A stretch of DNA of 64,000 nucleotides. Origin: Candidatus Sungiibacteriota bacterium (GTDB lineage Bacteria; Patescibacteriota; Minisyncoccia; Sungbacterales; JACQCQ01). Position 1 is the first letter of the stretch; each line of letters begins with the position of its first letter. Position numbers and translations under genes: made by a program. This document shows, piece by piece, positions 38,459 to 46,807 of the stretch. The notes beneath the pieces are model-generated. The model saw only the letters and a program-made list of their open reading frames with translations, had not been told where the DNA came from and did not search any database. The stretch covers positions 65,991 through 129,990 of the forward strand of contig JACQCQ010000009.1 in the NCBI GenBank assembly GCA_016201505.1, in the 5' to 3' direction.

Positions 38459-39463
38459 CTAACTAAAGACAGTGTACATTTTTAATATGCCCGCACCTAC
38501 TCTCATTAAGAGAGAGTCGGGAACGAGATGGAGCGTATTCTCTACGTCATTTTTGGTTGATCGCGTTGGCTTAGCGACGAAATCGTGAATTCCGTTTGAA
38601 CAAAGTTTGAATGCCACGAGACAGCCGCCATGTATCCTGGTCGTTTTGTAGTAATAATCGGAGGGATTTAATATCTCGGCGAGTTTCGGGTCATACAGTA
38701 ACGCGCCCAAGCTGTAAAAAATTAATCCATCCCTATACCTTTCAATTAGCTGCATTCCGTGCGGCTGATGTCCGACGACAATATTCGCTCCATAATCAAT
38801 TGCTAGTCGGTAATACATTTTTTGATGTTCGTCAGGGAAGAAAGAAAATCCCGCATAAACGTTTCCGACTGTGTGCAGCGCGACAATGACAATGTCAGAC
38901 GATACTCTCGCTCGTTTTATCGCACCGGAGAGGTGCTCCTTTGTTAACGACGCTACGCCGCTTTTTCCTTGTGCTGGATGCATATTCTCGTCCAGCAGGT
39001 CGGTCTGTGCTAAAAAAGACACCCGAAGATTTTGAAGGTTAACTACCTTCGGCATGAAAGCCTCATAGTTATCTTCTCCTATTCAGATGAAGTCAATTTT
39101 TTCGGTTTTTAACAAATTAAGGCATTCCTCGAGTGCAGTTCTGCCATAGTCAAAACTATGGTTATTCGCAAAAGATAAAATATAACGGCGATCCCCCCTG
39201 AACAAACTAAAAATCGCTGGGTCAGATCGAAAAAGAAACTCCTGGTTCCCGTTTCTTCTTGGCTGGCCGCCACGGGAAATGACGCCCTCGTAATTAAGAA
39301 ATATTACGTCACTTTTTTCTATGGTGTCTCGAAACTTTCCCCATATAGAATTGTGATCAATCTTGGACACCCCCCTACTAGTTTCCGTATTAAAAATCAA
39401 ATCACCGCCGACTAGAACGGTTCCTTGATATTGACATGCCGTATGTTGAAATATCTGCATCAT
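38459..39463 (-). pseudogene. CapA/PGA_cap-family metallophosphatase homologue interrupted by one in-frame TGA
   Basis: LVGGDLIF...SFANNHSFDYG...KIDFI-TGA-IGEDNYEAFMPKV...VIVALHTVGNVY...IVVGHQPHGMQ. The two ORFs 39083-39463 and 38459-39055 are in the same frame. The stop is at 39083-39085. Confidence 0.6.
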
Positions 39464-39465
39464 TG

Positions 39466-39885
39466 TTATATGGGACGTGGCCGATACCTAGTAAGGTATA
39501 GAACATCAGTTATTTTCCACGCGCCATCTTTACCACGATGGTAATGAACCCGATACATATTGCTTGCCCTCGTATCATTCTGCTGTATTATCTCGAAGAT
39601 TCCTTGCACCGTAGCTTCATCCTCGCTCGCCCGTATTACCGCATTATCCATTTTTGCCGTCTTTAAATTTGAAAGGGTGTTGCTTAAAATTACACTATAC
39701 TCTTCGGTGCCAACCCTTTTATTAACAGTGAGAGAATCTACGAACGCGCCTTCTTCGAAACTCGCTATTATATGTCCAATATCTCTCCGGTTGTAGGCTT
39801 CCAAAAAGTCGGTCATCAGATTCGCGATTTCTTTCTCCCGAAGTGTCGCAGGCTTTTTGTAAAATCTAATAAGTTTTTCTAACAT
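39466..39885 (-). CDS. NTF2/SnoaL-like fold protein
   Basis: 139 aa. EAYNRRDIGHIIASFEEGAFVD pattern, with a conserved His/Asp-rich C-terminal half. Confidence 0.5.
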   Translation of the reverse strand: MLEKLIRFYKKPATLREKEIANLMTDFLEAYNRRDIGHIIASFEEGAFVDSLTVNKRVGTEEYSVILSNTLSNLKTAKMDNAVIRASEDEATVQGIFEIIQQNDTRASNMYRVHYHRGKDGAWKITDVLYLTRYRPRPI

Positions 39886-39974
39886 TTGGGTAATCTTTCA
39901 ACAAAAACCTCGCCAGCTTGATGCGCGGCGTAAGCATAATTTACATTAAAGAATGAAGTCTCTTTAACTCTCCT

Positions 39975-41099
39975 CTATTTATATTTCACTAGCTCGCTAG
40001 TAACTAGCTCCTTTTCCAAATAAAGGCTAACCCAGCTATCGCCTGTTTTAGCCGCATTCTCGAGAGCTGCTTGAGCCTTTTTCTTCTCGCCGGTCTCAAA
40101 ATAAGCAAGGGCTAAAACTCTCCAAGGGGACGCGAAGGCTTTAAGCATCGTCGGATCGCGAGGCCATCCCTCTGCTGGTTCATTAAGATCGTGATCTATT
40201 GGTATCACGTTGTTTTCAAGTTGGCTGATAGCTTCTTTATATTGTTTTAATGCTGTCAGATACATACTAGCCGACGTATTTGCTAGAATCCGTGCGGCAG
40301 GGTGCAGCTTCTGAAAACCCAGACTATTTATTACATCCATCCATTTCTTGAGCAATCTTTGTGTTATATCAGGATTAATCTTAGCTCCTCTAATATTGAT
40401 GGTATCGTTTTCTGATGACAGTGCCTCGTTCCACTTTGCAAGAGTATTTTTTATGTCAGTATCGTCCATGATACTAAGCCGTGCCGGGTATGGTTTCGAG
40501 TGATCTGGTCCCACGATCAGAGATCTTATTTGCGCTGAAGGGGTTACTACGAGACCCATAACCGGATGTGGGAAAAACCGGCCTGACGGTATGAGGTAGT
40601 TACTACCCAGACTTGTTTGATGGACAATAATTTGCTTTTGACTTTCCAGAGATCCAACGATAACTCCATAATATCCACCACCTGGTCTCAGGGACGGGCT
40701 ACCATTCATAATAGAGACAATAATTGGCGTACTCGAAGATTGATTCAAGAAATTGCGAAGACCCCTTTGATTCTGTAGTGTAACAATTTTAGCTTCATAT
40801 CCCTGACTTTCAAAGAATCTTTTGAAATCGGTGAATGTAAAATTTCCCCTAGTCGTTTCAGCGGGCAAGGTTCTTTTGAGATCTAAAAATGATAGCCTTT
40901 TATCGCCCCAATATCGGAGTATCATCGCCGCCGTCGACTCAACATCATACGCTAGCGGCGTTCCGGAGAAAGTGCCGAAATAAGGAACACCGAGAATAAT
41001 ATTATCAATGGCGCGGGTGGATAATGAATAATAGAAAACACCTAAAACTACCAGCCCAATCAGTAGAGCAATTGAGGTGAGTTTCGTCCTGCGCGTCAT
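39975..41099 (-). CDS. Membrane-anchored peptidase-C39-like (apparently inactive) plus TPR-like domain protein
   Basis: N-terminal TM. C39-like core (…AAMILRYWG…PIIVSIMNG…GGYYGVIVG) lacks the catalytic Cys/His. C-terminal helical repeats. Confidence 0.55.
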   Translation of the reverse strand: MTRRTKLTSIALLIGLVVLGVFYYSLSTRAIDNIILGVPYFGTFSGTPLAYDVESTAAMILRYWGDKRLSFLDLKRTLPAETTRGNFTFTDFKRFFESQGYEAKIVTLQNQRGLRNFLNQSSSTPIIVSIMNGSPSLRPGGGYYGVIVGSLESQKQIIVHQTSLGSNYLIPSGRFFPHPVMGLVVTPSAQIRSLIVGPDHSKPYPARLSIMDDTDIKNTLAKWNEALSSENDTINIRGAKINPDITQRLLKKWMDVINSLGFQKLHPAARILANTSASMYLTALKQYKEAISQLENNVIPIDHDLNEPAEGWPRDPTMLKAFASPWRVLALAYFETGEKKKAQAALENAAKTGDSWVSLYLEKELVTSELVKYK

Positions 41100-41120
41100 A
41101 GAAGTTTATACTTAAGTATT

Positions 41121-41375
41121 TTAGAAAACGGTACAGCAATCGTTACCACAGCCAGAGCCAGTAGAACCCTCAGAGCCAGTAGAACCCTCAGAGCCAGTAG
41201 AGCCGCCGGGGTCAACATAAACATCCGCCGAAGCATGATTGGTTAAGGAGTTACCGAGAGCAAGTTCTTCACCACCTTGTTTTTTGCCGCTAAAAATATT
41301 TTGACCAACAGAAATCAAAGCTAGGGCAATTGCGAACAAAACCAGCTTTGAAATGTTTCTGAGAAAGTGGGACAT
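41121..41375 (-). CDS. Small protein with signal/TM segment, (GSTGSE)n tandem repeat and C-terminal Cys-rich tail; candidate RiPP precursor
   Basis: MSHFLRNISKLVLFAIALALISVG...GSTGSEGSTGSEGSTGSGCGNDCCTVF-stop. Directly downstream of the YcaO gene on the same strand. Confidence 0.55.
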   Translation of the reverse strand: MSHFLRNISKLVLFAIALALISVGQNIFSGKKQGGEELALGNSLTNHASADVYVDPGGSTGSEGSTGSEGSTGSGCGNDCCTVF

Positions 41376-41447
41376 CTTTGTCCATAGTATAGCAAAAATA
41401 ATTTCTGACAATCAAGCTATATTCACAATCAGTTTTGGTTACTGTTA

Positions 41448-43016
41448 CTATGGAAAAGGGTGCGGAAAAGTGTTGAATTTTCTCTTAATCTGATAGCCCA
41501 GTTTTGGCAGGACTGTTCTAAGTCTCGAGGCTCCCAAGGGTGCAAAAGTTTCGTTAAGGTATAATGGGACTAATTCAGGCACCACAACCTGAGTTACATT
41601 ATAACCCAATTCATGGTTTAAGAAATAATCGCGAACCTCAAATCCGTAAACTTCGTAGCCTATTCCCAACGACTCGACCCTTTTGACCAAGAAGTTTAAT
41701 TCATCACGAGTTGTCGCAAAGCTTCTTGGAAAATCAAAGCGGACTTTTTGAATATCCTGGGCATGTCCTTCAAGGAAAAAAGCAATGTGTTCGCGCATCT
41801 TTGGGTTAGCCCAAAGATGCAAACGTTCTTCTTGACCTAATGAAGGGTCACCAAACGGCCTATAATTATCAGCTAACTCATATACGGGATGACTGTCTTT
41901 CTTAGATCGGAGACTATAATAAACTCCCCAAGCTTCTTCATATGCCTTTGTCGCCGCGATTTCTGGATTTGCGTGACAGCCACCCCCCATTGATAAGTAG
42001 GGCCCCACCCAGGATTCATCTAGAATGATCGCAACAAAACTGGGCGGGCCTATGTCGAGTGTTGTGTTTAATATGTGACACTTGAATCTGCATCTTTGCA
42101 CTTGGAGTATTGAACTCCTCAAATCTTTGTTGAGAGACGAAATATCAATTTGTGGCGGAGAGATTCTATTAAGCCAGAAAATGAGAAAGGCATCTCTTTC
42201 AATAAGTTCATATAAACCCGCCAGCATTGCCCCCTCTCGATTAAACATCCCCCCGCTACCATTTGTATTTGGCTCTCTAAGAAATACTTCTGGTATGTCC
42301 CCGCTGATGTAGTTCCAAAAGATTAGCTGTGCGGGCAGCATGGTTTTTTGTCCTGTAGACACTCGAACACCTTGAACCCAGTGAAGTCTATGCTCTGGGG
42401 TCCAAGCAAAACGATTTGATTGATTTTGCTGTTCCTCCGAGAAACTCACCAACTTCTTAGGATCTAAAGCCCGGGCTCTTCTGTTCAAATCTACATAAGA
42501 ATTCGTCACAAAATTTTTTCTACTGTACTTAGTCAAATAATATCGCTCCAAAAATTCCCCGATACTTTTACTAACCATACTAATTAAGTCTTGACCGGAG
42601 CTATGTCCGAATGTACGAACAATTTTTCTCCCATCAGTATTATATGTATCATCAATGGATGGAGTTATATCAATCCGACTGAATGCTGGAGAGTCGTTAA
42701 AACGGCGGTGGTCTATGAATACGTCTTTGACAAGTCCACGCTCCTTTAATTTTCTAATAATTTTTATAAACGGACGTAGGGATTCCTCATATTTATTGAG
42801 GATTGCATAGGAAGTCCTTTCAGAAATTTTATCAAGGTCTTTATACAACCTTGATAATATCCTCTTCTCGAAAGAATTGCTCTCCAGATCGTAGAAACTT
42901 GCTGTCAAAGAATTCTGTCCCGGCCCCCCTGCATCGAAATATTCGGACATTAATACAAGCCCATCATAATCAAGCGGCTGGTAGAGACTGAAGTCTTGTT
43001 CTTTTGGTGTGCTCAC
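41448..43016 (-). CDS. YcaO-domain protein (ATP-dependent cyclodehydratase/amide-activating family)
   Basis: TNGSGGMFNREGAMLAGLYELIERDAFLIFWLNRISPPQID is the signature YcaO ATP-binding region. 522 aa with an approximately 170-aa N-terminal extension. Confidence 0.85.
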   Translation of the reverse strand: MSTPKEQDFSLYQPLDYDGLVLMSEYFDAGGPGQNSLTASFYDLESNSFEKRILSRLYKDLDKISERTSYAILNKYEESLRPFIKIIRKLKERGLVKDVFIDHRRFNDSPAFSRIDITPSIDDTYNTDGRKIVRTFGHSSGQDLISMVSKSIGEFLERYYLTKYSRKNFVTNSYVDLNRRARALDPKKLVSFSEEQQNQSNRFAWTPEHRLHWVQGVRVSTGQKTMLPAQLIFWNYISGDIPEVFLREPNTNGSGGMFNREGAMLAGLYELIERDAFLIFWLNRISPPQIDISSLNKDLRSSILQVQRCRFKCHILNTTLDIGPPSFVAIILDESWVGPYLSMGGGCHANPEIAATKAYEEAWGVYYSLRSKKDSHPVYELADNYRPFGDPSLGQEERLHLWANPKMREHIAFFLEGHAQDIQKVRFDFPRSFATTRDELNFLVKRVESLGIGYEVYGFEVRDYFLNHELGYNVTQVVVPELVPLYLNETFAPLGASRLRTVLPKLGYQIKRKFNTFPHPFP

Positions 43017-43067
43017 AAGAATATCTAAAATAGTATCGCTATTACCTTACTCTAGATATACGAAGAG

Positions 43068-43121
43068 GGGCAAATTTTGTTTAGGGGACAGATTTCGCAC
43101 TTGGGAGAGCGGGCGAGGCAG
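43068..43121. repeat. Decayed copy of the nth 3' terminus (remnant C1)
   Basis: The reverse complement reads CLARSPKCEICPLNKICP. It is homologous to nth codons at 46824-46887. Confidence 0.8.
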
Positions 43122-43187
43122 ATAGCTCAAGACTGGCGAGAGTCCCAGTGGCTTGAATGTATACTAATAATATTCTAATCTGGTGTC

Positions 43188-43427
43188 ATGACGCAAAAAG
43201 TATTGAAAGTTGGCTCTTCGGCGGCGGTGACGATTCCCAAAAAGTCTTTAAAAGAACTGGGGCTTAAAATCGGCGATGAGGTTCAGGTGGATGTGGATCA
43301 GCGGAGGAAGTTGGTTTCAATTACTCCTGCCCAAAATCTCTCCAAGGAAGACTCTAAAATTGCAAAATTGACACTTGCATTCATCGAGAGATACCGAAAA
43401 GACTTAGAATCGCTCGCCGATAAATAA
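43188..43427 (+). CDS. AbrB/SpoVT-fold antitoxin partnered with Doc
   Basis: MTQKVLKVGSSAAVTIPKKSLKELGLKIGDEV. Confidence 0.7.
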   Translation: MTQKVLKVGSSAAVTIPKKSLKELGLKIGDEVQVDVDQRRKLVSITPAQNLSKEDSKIAKLTLAFIERYRKDLESLADK

Positions 43428-43817
43428 GTGAAGTATTTACGATACTCACAGATTTTTCTGATTCATTCAATGATGATTGATGAAACAGGTGGCAGTCACG
43501 GCGTGAGAGATTCTCATGCAATTTTAAGTTTGGAACATTCTCCGAGGCAAAAAGTATTTGGGAAAACACTCTATCCTTCAGTGTACCAAAAGGCCGCGGT
43601 GTATGCGCGAGCTATCATTATGGAGCATCCATTTATTGACGGAAATAAGCGGACCGGCATTTCAGCAGCCAGTATTTTTTTGGAGAATAATGGTTACCAA
43701 CTCATTGCCAAAGAGGGCGAACTTGAGTCGTTTGCATTGCGAATTGTGGATCAAAAATATGGAATAGCAGAAATTGCCGGCTGGTTTCGCAAGAACTCAA
43801 GGAGAAATAAAAAATAA
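43428..43817 (+). CDS. doc: Doc (death-on-curing) Fic-family toxin
   Basis: Fic motif HPFIDGNKRTGISAASIFL. Confidence 0.85.
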   Translation: MKYLRYSQIFLIHSMMIDETGGSHGVRDSHAILSLEHSPRQKVFGKTLYPSVYQKAAVYARAIIMEHPFIDGNKRTGISAASIFLENNGYQLIAKEGELESFALRIVDQKYGIAEIAGWFRKNSRRNKK

Positions 43818-43838
43818 ATTTTATCCCAGGCGAGTAGT

Positions 43839-43870
43839 TTATTCTCATATTCTTGAGAATATGAGAATAA
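43839..43870. repeat. AT-rich perfect palindrome P (variant) at a cassette boundary
   Basis: ttattctcatattct-tg-agaatatgagaataa. Related to 45304-45339 and 45969-45998. Confidence 0.6.
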
Positions 43871-43911
43871 CGCTATGCTTGGTAAGCTTTTAGAACTAGA
43901 TTCTCGAAGAG

Positions 43912-43965
43912 GGGCAAGTTTTGTTTAGGGGACAGATTTCGCACCTGGGAGAGCGGGTGGTGCGG
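43912..43965. repeat. Decayed copy of the nth 3' terminus (remnant C2)
   Basis: gggcaagttttgtttaggggacagatttcgcacctgggagagcggg. Confidence 0.8.
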
Positions 43966-44041
43966 CTGAACATGTTGGCGCAATAAAGGGCGAGAGTCCC
44001 AGCGGCTTGAATGTATACTAATAATATACTAATCTTTACAC

Positions 44042-44149
44042 ATGACGCAAAAAGTATTGAAAGTCGGCTCTTCGGCGGCCGTTACGATTTCCAAAAAATC
44101 TTTGAAAGAGCTCGGTCTTAAAATCGGCGCAATATTAACATATGATTGA
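44042..44149 (+). pseudogene. Truncated copy (35 codons) of the Doc-partner antitoxin gene
   Basis: First 31 codons are identical to 44667-44897, then it diverges to a stop. Confidence 0.5.
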
Positions 44150-44160
44150 CTCATATTATT

Positions 44161-44385
44161 ATGAAAAGCATCATACAATTTCATATTCATAGGGGTGAAA
44201 CCCACTATATTGCGGAGGGAGTTGATTTACCGGTCGTAACTCAAGGGAAAACCCTAGATGAGCTCGCCGCGAATCTCAAAGAGGCGGTTGCCTTGCAACT
44301 CGAAGGAGAGAACCCGGCTGATTTTGGTCTGACGTCGAGTCCTTCTGTTTTGGCAAATTTCGAACTTTCCGAGATTCGTGCCTAA
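44161..44385 (+). CDS. hicB: HicB antitoxin
   Basis: YIAEGVDLPVVTQGKTLDELAANLKEAVALQLEG. Confidence 0.8.
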   Translation: MKSIIQFHIHRGETHYIAEGVDLPVVTQGKTLDELAANLKEAVALQLEGENPADFGLTSSPSVLANFELSEIRA

Positions 44386-44623
44386 ATTGAGAATTCTTTC
44401 AGGGCACGATGTTGTTGCGATCTTAGAAGGCCTCGGTTTTTCTGTGGTTGCCCAAAAAGGCAGTCATGTAAAATTGCGCAGAACTGTTGAGGGTGGAACA
44501 AAGCAGAGCCTCACAATCCCGCTACATGCCGAGATGGATAAATGGACGCTCAAAGCGATTTACACGCAAGCTTCTCGGTATATTCCCGAAACTGAATTGC
44601 GAGAGCACTTCTATACCAAGTAG
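44378..44623 (+). CDS. hicA: HicA toxin
   Basis: ILEGLGFSVVAQKGSHVKLRRTVEGGTKQSLTIPLHAEM. Confidence 0.85.
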   Translation: MPKLRILSGHDVVAILEGLGFSVVAQKGSHVKLRRTVEGGTKQSLTIPLHAEMDKWTLKAIYTQASRYIPETELREHFYTK

Positions 44624-44666
44624 GTGCGTAGGAGTTTAGATTATATTAATTTCATCTGTACACGTT

Positions 44667-44897
44667 ATGACACAAAAAGTATTGAAAGTCGGCTCTTCGG
44701 CGGCCGTTACGATTTCCAAAAAATCTTTGAAAGAGCTCGGTCTTAAAATCGGGGATGAGGTGCGAGTGAACATTAATCACAAAGAAAAGCTTGTGATTAT
44801 TGAGCCGGCGCATCAAGTGAAAAAGGAATTGCTTGATTGGACGGAGCAGTTTATTAAAACCTACCGGCCGGCCTTGCTCGCGCTCGCGAAAAAATGA
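44667..44897 (+). CDS. AbrB/SpoVT-fold antitoxin (second copy)
   Basis: Paralogue of 43188-43427. Confidence 0.7.
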   Translation: MTQKVLKVGSSAAVTISKKSLKELGLKIGDEVRVNINHKEKLVIIEPAHQVKKELLDWTEQFIKTYRPALLALAKK

Positions 44898-45286
44898 CCC
44901 GATATCTGGATCCCGAGGAGATGCTCGTGATTCACGCGAAGATTATAGACGAAACGGGTGGACTCCACGGCGTACGAGATATGAACCTATTCGCCTCGAT
45001 TGCCGGGCGGCCGAAAATGCAGTTTGGCGGGAAAGAATTATATCCCTCGGTATTTGAAAAAGCAGCGGCATATTTTGAGTCTACTGCCTTTCATCATGTC
45101 TTTGTGGATGGAAACAAACGAACGGCAATCGCCATAGCTGCTCGTTTTCTTTTTCTCAATGGATACGACCTAACAACCTCAAATAAAGTTCTGGAGAGGT
45201 TTGTGCTTGGTACAGTCACGAAGAAATCTAATTTAAAAATCATCGCATTGTGGTTTCAAAAACATTCAAAGAAAATCAGAAAGTAG
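44894..45286 (+). CDS. doc: Doc toxin (second copy)
   Basis: HHVFVDGNKRTAIAIAARFL. Confidence 0.85.
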   Translation: MTRYLDPEEMLVIHAKIIDETGGLHGVRDMNLFASIAGRPKMQFGGKELYPSVFEKAAAYFESTAFHHVFVDGNKRTAIAIAARFLFLNGYDLTTSNKVLERFVLGTVTKKSNLKIIALWFQKHSKKIRK

Positions 45287-45303
45287 TTTTATGAGGCCGG
45301 ACG

Positions 45304-45339
45304 GTTTATTCTCAAGTTCTTAAGAACTTGAGAATAAAC
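45304..45339. repeat. 36-bp perfect palindrome P
   Basis: gtttattctcaagttctt|aagaacttgagaataaac. Confidence 0.6.
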
Positions 45340-45361
45340 ATTCTTCTAGACATGGGATGAA

Positions 45362-45427
45362 GGGCAAATTTTGTTTAGCGGGCAGATGAGGCATTGGGGG
45401 GAGCGGGCGCGGCAGACGGCGCGGCCC
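45362..45427. repeat. Decayed copy of the nth 3' terminus (remnant C3)
   Basis: gggcaaattttgtttagcgggcagat...gggggagcgggcgcggcagacggcgcggccc. Confidence 0.8.
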
Positions 45428-45697
45428 GTCGCTACATTTGACGATACACGGAGTGGTCTCCCACTGAATGGAACCATGCAGTATTTTTCTTGATAAATTC
45501 AAAAATGATTCGATGGCGTGTATCGATAGAGAACGCCTAGAAATCTTTAAGACGTCCGTGCAATTTATGAGTGCCCGGTCTGGGGTCAAATTGGTTTTTG
45601 CGGAATATACACTCTTTTTCTTCTGCTACTTTTTTAACGGACAGCGCGAGGGTTTTATATTCTCGCCTGAATTTCGAGGAATAGAAGATTCGCATTA

Positions 45698-45910
45698 GCG
45701 CAGGTCTCTCAACGAACGAAGTAACTTACCCTTGCCCCGTTTTAGCTCATCCCGGCTTTCTCCAAGCCCTTCGGCCAACTTTCCTTCAAGCCAAAGACGA
45801 ACGAGCGTTCAGAAGAATTCGCTTTTTGTCGAGAATTGGTTTTGCTTTAATTGTTTCTCAACCTCAGCCGCCATTTCGCGGGGTAGTGAGATATTAATGA
45901 CGCTCCGCAT
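45698..45910 (-). pseudogene. Ribbon-helix-helix (CopG/ParD-like) antitoxin homologue with an in-frame TGA at codon 34
   Basis: MRSVINISLPREMAAEVEKQLKQNQFSTKSEFF-TGA-TLVRLWLEGKLAEGLGESRDELKRGKGKLL. The stop is at 45809-45811. Confidence 0.5.
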
Positions 45911-45968
45911 AAGATGTGTAATACTTTATTTTACAAGACTATCTTCTTTGATTTCTCCATCAATAACT

Positions 45969-45998
45969 TATTCTCAAGTTCTTAAGAACTTGAGAATA
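45969..45998. repeat. 30-bp perfect palindrome P
   Basis: tattctcaagttctt|aagaacttgagaata. Confidence 0.6.
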
Positions 45999-46023
45999 GG
46001 CTCTTTGGCTGAACCCTACGAGA

Positions 46024-46087
46024 TGGGCAGATTTTGTTTAAGGGGCATATCACGCACTTGGGGGAGCGGGCCTGGCAGACGGCGCGG
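46024..46087. repeat. Decayed copy of the nth 3' terminus (remnant C4, closest to the live gene end)
   Basis: The reverse complement reads AVCQARSPKCVICPLNKICPS followed by a divergent tail. Confidence 0.85.
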
Positions 46088-46101
46088 CGTGACCGACTCA
46101 T

Positions 46102-46428
46102 TTATTTTTTCAGGCGAGCGGCCAGGGCGAAGCTGTACAAATAATTGTCAAGACCTTGAAGGTCGCTGCCATATGCGCTACCTCCCGAAAAAGCATCGGC
46201 TAAAGTTTCACGCAAGCGCGAAAGTTCTTTGAGCTTAGATACCGAGCGCCATCGTCTGTCACTGCGCGTCAAATCAATAAGCGCAAGCGCCCGCTCGAAA
46301 GCTTTTTCATAATCGCCCAGATTTCGCGCGCTTCTCATGCGCGACAATTCGCTCCCGATATTCCCCAGTTGATCCGCAAATGAGAGGCCCTCCCATCGCT
46401 CCTTCTCAATCGAATGATGAACGTTCAT
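46102..46428 (-). CDS. Hypothetical protein, downstream member of an overlapping gene pair
   Basis: 108 aa. 4-nt overlap with the upstream gene. No confident family. Confidence 0.45.
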   Translation of the reverse strand: MNVHHSIEKERWEGLSFADQLGNIGSELSRMRSARNLGDYEKAFERALALIDLTRSDRRWRSVSKLKELSRLRETLADAFSGGSAYGSDLQGLDNYLYSFALAARLKK

Positions 46429-46772
46429 GATGTCGTGCGCTCGGCGATAATTGACTTTATTAATTCACGGATTGATTCATCTTCTATCCCGCGGGATTTA
46501 TTTCCTTGCGACGGCCGGATATTAATCATCGAGTCGAATTCAATCCACTCGGCCGGAGACCGCTCGAGATAAAGATTAATTCCCCATATTTGTTCTTGTT
46601 TTGAGCCGTCATGCAGCAAGACCGCCTCTTCGTCTGCGTGGAGCTCTCCCCCAACTGCCAGGATGCGGCGTTCGACATCCACCGCGGCCTTCACTAAGTT
46701 GCCAAACTGCTGATCGGCGATGGCTTTCAATTCTGCCTTTTTGATTTTGTCCCTCACGACCACAATTTCCAT
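46425..46772 (-). CDS. Hypothetical protein, upstream member of the overlapping pair (TA-like organisation)
   Basis: 115 aa. The bicistronic overlap resembles an MNT/HEPN-type or other TA pair, but no motif is confirmed. Confidence 0.45.
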   Translation of the reverse strand: MEIVVVRDKIKKAELKAIADQQFGNLVKAAVDVERRILAVGGELHADEEAVLLHDGSKQEQIWGINLYLERSPAEWIEFDSMINIRPSQGNKSRGIEDESIRELIKSIIAERTTS

Positions 46773-46807
46773 ATCGACAGTGTATCACAGCGGCACTTGC
46801 GAAGATT

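Noticed and set aside
45732-46232. 166-aa plus-strand ORF in cassette 3
   Set aside because: The sequence is low-complexity Ser/Pro-rich and spans a palindrome and an nth-remnant repeat. The minus-strand RHH homologue explains the coding signal better.
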